This document shows positions 28,521-32,000 of a DNA stretch of 32,000 nucleotides, piece after piece (position 1 is the first letter of the stretch; the number at the start of each line of letters is the position of its first letter). The translations under genes and the position numbers were made by a program. The stretch comes from Propionibacterium ruminifibrarum. Lineage in GTDB: Bacteria; Actinomycetota; Actinomycetes; Propionibacteriales; Propionibacteriaceae. A model generated the notes under the pieces. The model saw only the letters and a list, made by a program, of their open reading frames with translations. It was not told where the DNA came from and made no database searches. The DNA lies in the NCBI RefSeq assembly GCF_900289195.1, contig NZ_OMOH01000002.1, positions 61,206 to 93,205 on the forward strand. Reading direction: 5' to 3'.

Positions 28521-29714
28521 TCAGCCGAGAATCTCGAGCGTGACGGCGTCGCCGAGCAGGCGTCCGGCCAGTGTCAGCCGCACCGCGCCCTCACGCACCT
28601 CGACCAGCCCGCGCCCGGCCAGGCCGGGCAGTGCGGAGCGTTCGGCGCGGGTCAGTTCGGTCATCCTCACACCGTCACGCAGCCTCAGCCCCAGCATGAC
28701 GACCTCCTCATGGCTGGTCGCCTCGTCGAGGATCTCATGACCGGCCCGCGGGCCGGTGCCGGCGGCGAGCATGGCCGCGTAGCGGCGCGGGTGCCTCACG
28801 TTCCACCACCGGGCCGCTCCGACATGGCTGTAGGCCCCCGGGCCGATCCCCCACCAGTCGTCGCTTCGCCAGTAGGCCATGTTGTGGGCTGCCTCGCGCC
28901 CTGGCCTGGACCAGTTGCTGATCTCGTAGTTGGCCAGGCCGGCCGCCCCCAGACGTTCCTCGGCGAGCAGGTACTTGTCGGCCTCGAGGTCCTCGTCGGG
29001 CTCGGGCAGCCGGCCGTGCGCGATGTGCCTGGCCATTGCGGTGCCGTCCTCGACGATGAGGCTGTAGGCGCTGACGTGCTCGGGGTCCGCCTCCAGCGCG
29101 GTCTCGAGCGAGACACGCCACTGGTCCATCGTCTCCCCCGGCGCGCCGTAGATGAGGTCGAGCGAGACGTTGTCGAACCCGGCCCGGTGCGCCCAGCGCG
29201 CCACCTGGACGGCGCGGCCGGGCGTGTGGTGGCGTTCAAGGGTGGCGAGCACCTGCTCATCGCCGGACTGCATGCCCAGGCTGAGGCGGTTGAACCCGGC
29301 GTCGAGCAGCCGGTCCAGGCGCTGCTCGTCGAGGGTCTCCGGGTTCGCCTCAGTGGTGATCTCGGCGCCGGGCGCCAGGCCGAAGGCCTGACGCAGGTGG
29401 TCCAGCAGCCCGGCGAGCTCGTCGTCCGCGGCCATCGTCGGGGTGCCGCCGCCGAAGAAGACCGTGGCCAGGGGCCTGCCGTCGTCCAGTTCGTGTCGGG
29501 CCCGTTCGATCTCGCGGTGGGCCGCCTGCACGTAGTCGCGGGTCGTCATGCCCGTCAGCTGGCTCGGCGTGTAGGTGTTGAAGTCGCAGTAACCGCAGCG
29601 GGTCGCGCAGAAGGGCACGTGCACGTAGCACGACAGCGTCCGGCCGGGCACGGTGACGAGGGCCCCGGGTTCGATGGGCGTGTCGGCCGCGTCGGCGCGG
29701 AGCGTCAGCGGCAC
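28521..29714 (-). CDS. hemW: Radical SAM heme chaperone HemW (HemN-like, oxygen-independent coproporphyrinogen oxidase family)
   Basis: CxxxCxxC cluster motif CATRCGYCDF. The start was trimmed to GTG 29714 (VPLTLRAD...), which lies 2 nt after the lepA stop. The ORF-track start 29870 would lie inside lepA. Confidence 0.9.
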   Translation of the reverse strand: MPLTLRADAADTPIEPGALVTVPGRTLSCYVHVPFCATRCGYCDFNTYTPSQLTGMTTRDYVQAAHREIERARHELDDGRPLATVFFGGGTPTMAADDELAGLLDHLRQAFGLAPGAEITTEANPETLDEQRLDRLLDAGFNRLSLGMQSGDEQVLATLERHHTPGRAVQVARWAHRAGFDNVSLDLIYGAPGETMDQWRVSLETALEADPEHVSAYSLIVEDGTAMARHIAHGRLPEPDEDLEADKYLLAEERLGAAGLANYEISNWSRPGREAAHNMAYWRSDDWWGIGPGAYSHVGAARWWNVRHPRRYAAMLAAGTGPRAGHEILDEATSHEEVVMLGLRLRDGVRMTELTRAERSALPGLAGRGLVEVREGAVRLTLAGRLLGDAVTLEILG

Positions 29715-29716
29715 CG

Positions 29717-31594
29717 CTACCTCTTCTTCTCGGCCGTGTCGGCACTGGTGAGGGCGGCGACGAAGGCCTCCTGGGGCACCTCGACGTGCCCGACAGTCTT
29801 CATGCGTTTCTTGCCCTGCTTCTGCTTCTCGAGCAGCTTGCGTTTGCGGGTGATGTCGCCGCCGTAGCACTTGGCCAGGACGTCCTTGCGGACGGCGCGG
29901 ATGGTCTCGCGGGCGATGACGCGGGCGCCGATGGCGGCCTGGACGGGCACCTCGAACTGCTGGCGCGGGATGAGCTTGCGCAGCTTGTTCGTCATCTCGA
30001 CGCCGTAGCTGAAGGCCTTGTCGCGGTGGACGATCGCGCTGAAGGCGTCGACGGGTTCGCCGCTCAGCAGGATGTCGACCTTGACCATGTCGGCGCGCTG
30101 CTCACCGCCCGGCTCGTAGTCGAGGCTGGCGTAGCCCCTGGTGCGGGACTTGAGGGCGTCGAAGAAGTCGAAGACGATCTCGCCGAGCGGCAGCTCGTAA
30201 CGCATCTCGACGCGGTCCTCGGACAGGTAGTCCATGCCGAGCTGGGTACCGCGCCGGCTCTGACACAGCTCCATGACGGGGCCGATGAACTCGGCCGGGC
30301 ACAGGATCGTGGCGCGCACGACCGGCTCGTAGACCGCCTCGATCCTGCCGTCGGGGAACTCCGACGGGTTCTGCACCCAGTGCTCGGAGCCGTCCTCCAT
30401 GACGACGCGGTAGTTCACGCTCGGCGCCGTGCTGATCAGGTCGAGGCCGAATTCGCGTTCGAGGCGTTCCTGGATGATCTCCATGTGGAGCAGGCCGAGG
30501 AAGCCGGCGCGGAAGCCGAGCCCGAGGGCGCCGGAGGTCTCGGGCTCGAAGGTCAGGGAGGCGTCGTTGAGCTGGAGTTTCTCGAGTGCCTCGCGCAGTT
30601 CCGGGAAGTCACCGGCCTCGATCGGGTACAGGCCGGCGAAGACCATCGGCTTGGGGTCCTTGTATCCTGCCAGCGGCTCCCCGGCCGGGCTGGTGGCCAG
30701 GGTCACGGTGTCACCGACGCGCGACTGGCGCACGTCCTTCACCCCGGTGATGAGGTAGCCGACCTCGCCCACCGACAGGGCCTGGCAGGTGGCCGGTTCG
30801 GGTGAGTGGACACCGATCTCCAGCACCTCGTGGGTGGCGCCCGTGGACATCATGCGAATGCGGTCCCGGTGGCTCAGACGCCCGTCGACGACGCGCACAT
30901 AGGTGACGACACCGCGGTAGATGTCGTAGACGGAGTCGAAGATGAGGGCGCGGGCCCTGCCGTCGGCGTCCCCGGTTGGCGCGGGCACCTGCTCGACGAT
31001 CGCGGTGAGCAGTTCGGGGACTCCCTCGCCGGTCTTCGCCGAAACGCGCAGGACGTCCGAGGGATCGCAGCCGATGATGCCGGCGATCTCGTCGGCGAAC
31101 TTGTCGGGCTGCGCGCCGGGCAGGTCGATCTTGTTGAGCACCGGGATGATCGTCAGGTCGGCCTCGAGCGCCAGGTAGAGGTTCGCCAGGGTCTGGGCCT
31201 CGATGCCCTGGGCCGCGTCGACGAGCAGGACCGCCCCCTCGCAGGCCTCCAGGGAACGGCTCACCTCGTAGGTGAAGTCGACGTGGCCAGGGGTGTCGAT
31301 CATGTTGAGGACGAATTCCTGGTCGCCGACGGTCCAGGGCATCCGCACCGCCTGGGACTTGATGGTGATGCCGCGCTCACGTTCGATGTCCATCTTGTCG
31401 AGGTACTGGGCACGCATCTCGCGTTCCTCGACGATGCCGGTCAGCTGCAGCATCCGGTCGGCCAGCGTCGACTTGCCGTGGTCGATGTGTGCGATGATGC
31501 TGAAGTTGCGGATGACTGCCGGGTCGGTGGCTCCGGGCTGGACGGTCAAGCTCGTTGACTCCTCGATCGATCGTGCGTCTGCTCGTGGCGCCAT
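29717..31594 (-). CDS. lepA: Translation elongation factor 4 (LepA)
   Basis: Motifs [20 protein letters not shown] and NKID are present, plus the LepA C-terminal domain. ATG 31594 (MAPRADAR...) is preferred; ATG 31648 is possible. Confidence 0.95.
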   Translation of the reverse strand: MAPRADARSIEESTSLTVQPGATDPAVIRNFSIIAHIDHGKSTLADRMLQLTGIVEEREMRAQYLDKMDIERERGITIKSQAVRMPWTVGDQEFVLNMIDTPGHVDFTYEVSRSLEACEGAVLLVDAAQGIEAQTLANLYLALEADLTIIPVLNKIDLPGAQPDKFADEIAGIIGCDPSDVLRVSAKTGEGVPELLTAIVEQVPAPTGDADGRARALIFDSVYDIYRGVVTYVRVVDGRLSHRDRIRMMSTGATHEVLEIGVHSPEPATCQALSVGEVGYLITGVKDVRQSRVGDTVTLATSPAGEPLAGYKDPKPMVFAGLYPIEAGDFPELREALEKLQLNDASLTFEPETSGALGLGFRAGFLGLLHMEIIQERLEREFGLDLISTAPSVNYRVVMEDGSEHWVQNPSEFPDGRIEAVYEPVVRATILCPAEFIGPVMELCQSRRGTQLGMDYLSEDRVEMRYELPLGEIVFDFFDALKSRTRGYASLDYEPGGEQRADMVKVDILLSGEPVDAFSAIVHRDKAFSYGVEMTNKLRKLIPRQQFEVPVQAAIGARVIARETIRAVRKDVLAKCYGGDITRKRKLLEKQKQGKKRMKTVGHVEVPQEAFVAALTSADTAEKKR

Positions 31595-31697
31595 GACGCC
31601 GGATCGCTGGAGCGCCGGTGCATCGGTGGGGCCGCAGGCGAGTCCCATTGTCGCACGCCGCTGAAACAGGCTGGATCCGGCGCGACGCAGCGGATGG

Positions 31698-31726
31698 TTT
31701 GGGACCGTCGGGCTCGAATGGTAAGA
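31698..31726 (+). promoter_or_regulatory. Candidate sigma-70-type promoter of rpsT
   Basis: TTGGGA, a 17-nt spacer, then TAAGAT (with TGG just upstream), about 77 nt upstream of the rpsT GTG. Confidence 0.4.
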
Positions 31727-31802
31727 TCATTCGCTGTGTTTGCGCGGCACCGCTGGTTCCGCCGGACACGAAATCACCCAGGAACGGACCAGAGGTTTTC
31801 AC

Positions 31803-32000
31803 GTGGCAAACATCAAGTCGCAGAAGAAGCGCATCAAGACGAACGAGAAGGCTCGCCGCCGCAACAGGGCCGTGAAGTCGGCGCTGCGCACGCATGTGCG
31901 TCACTTCCGCGAGGCCGCTGCCGCCGGTGACAAGGAGAAGGCGCTCGAGCTGGCGAAAGTCGCCAACCGCGCCCTCGACAAGGCCGCCTCCGCAGGGGTC
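31803..32000 (+). CDS. rpsT: 30S ribosomal protein S20, 3'-truncated by the window edge
   Basis: It is absent from the ORF track because the frame is open at the window end. GTG 31803 follows AGAGG. Hand translation gives [66 protein letters not shown], which matches the S20 N-terminus. Confidence 0.9.
   Translation, partial: MANIKSQKKRIKTNEKARRRNRAVKSALRTHVRHFREAAAAGDKEKALELAKVANRALDKAASAGV

Overview
High-GC actinobacterial chromosomal window. Gene content and order look Propionibacteriales-like, but the taxon cannot be verified here. Most of it is a conserved housekeeping backbone on the minus strand: lepA-hemW-DUF3097-IMPase, hrcA-dnaJ-rsmE with a CIRCE operator, and phoH-ybeY-CNNM/CBS-era. 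leuA, tgt and a 3'-truncated rpsT at the right edge are also present. Interspersed metabolic and accessory genes include a fumarate-lyase-family enzyme (5'-truncated) with a DASS anion transporter and a DHDPS-family aldolase, an amidohydrolase, an MFS transporter, a Tat-lipoprotein with an HExxH motif, a metallophosphoesterase and a HAD lipoprotein. The most unusual segment is a visibly AT-richer island of about 2.3 kb (about 18.1-20.45 kb). It carries four co-directional minus-strand genes I cannot assign to named families: two diverged tandem paralogs, a small toxin-C-terminal-module-like ORF whose frame opens directly after the TAG of the preceding gene, and a Trp-rich immunity-like protein. 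I read it as a remnant polymorphic-toxin / orphan-immunity locus; this is hypothesis only. The second notable signal is a candidate leucine leader peptide with a hairpin attenuator upstream of leuA. It has four consecutive Leu codons, including rare CTA and CTT. I recognised no rRNA, tRNA, CRISPR array, transposase or integrase. Many long ORF-track entries are antisense shadow frames typical of GC-rich DNA and were rejected.
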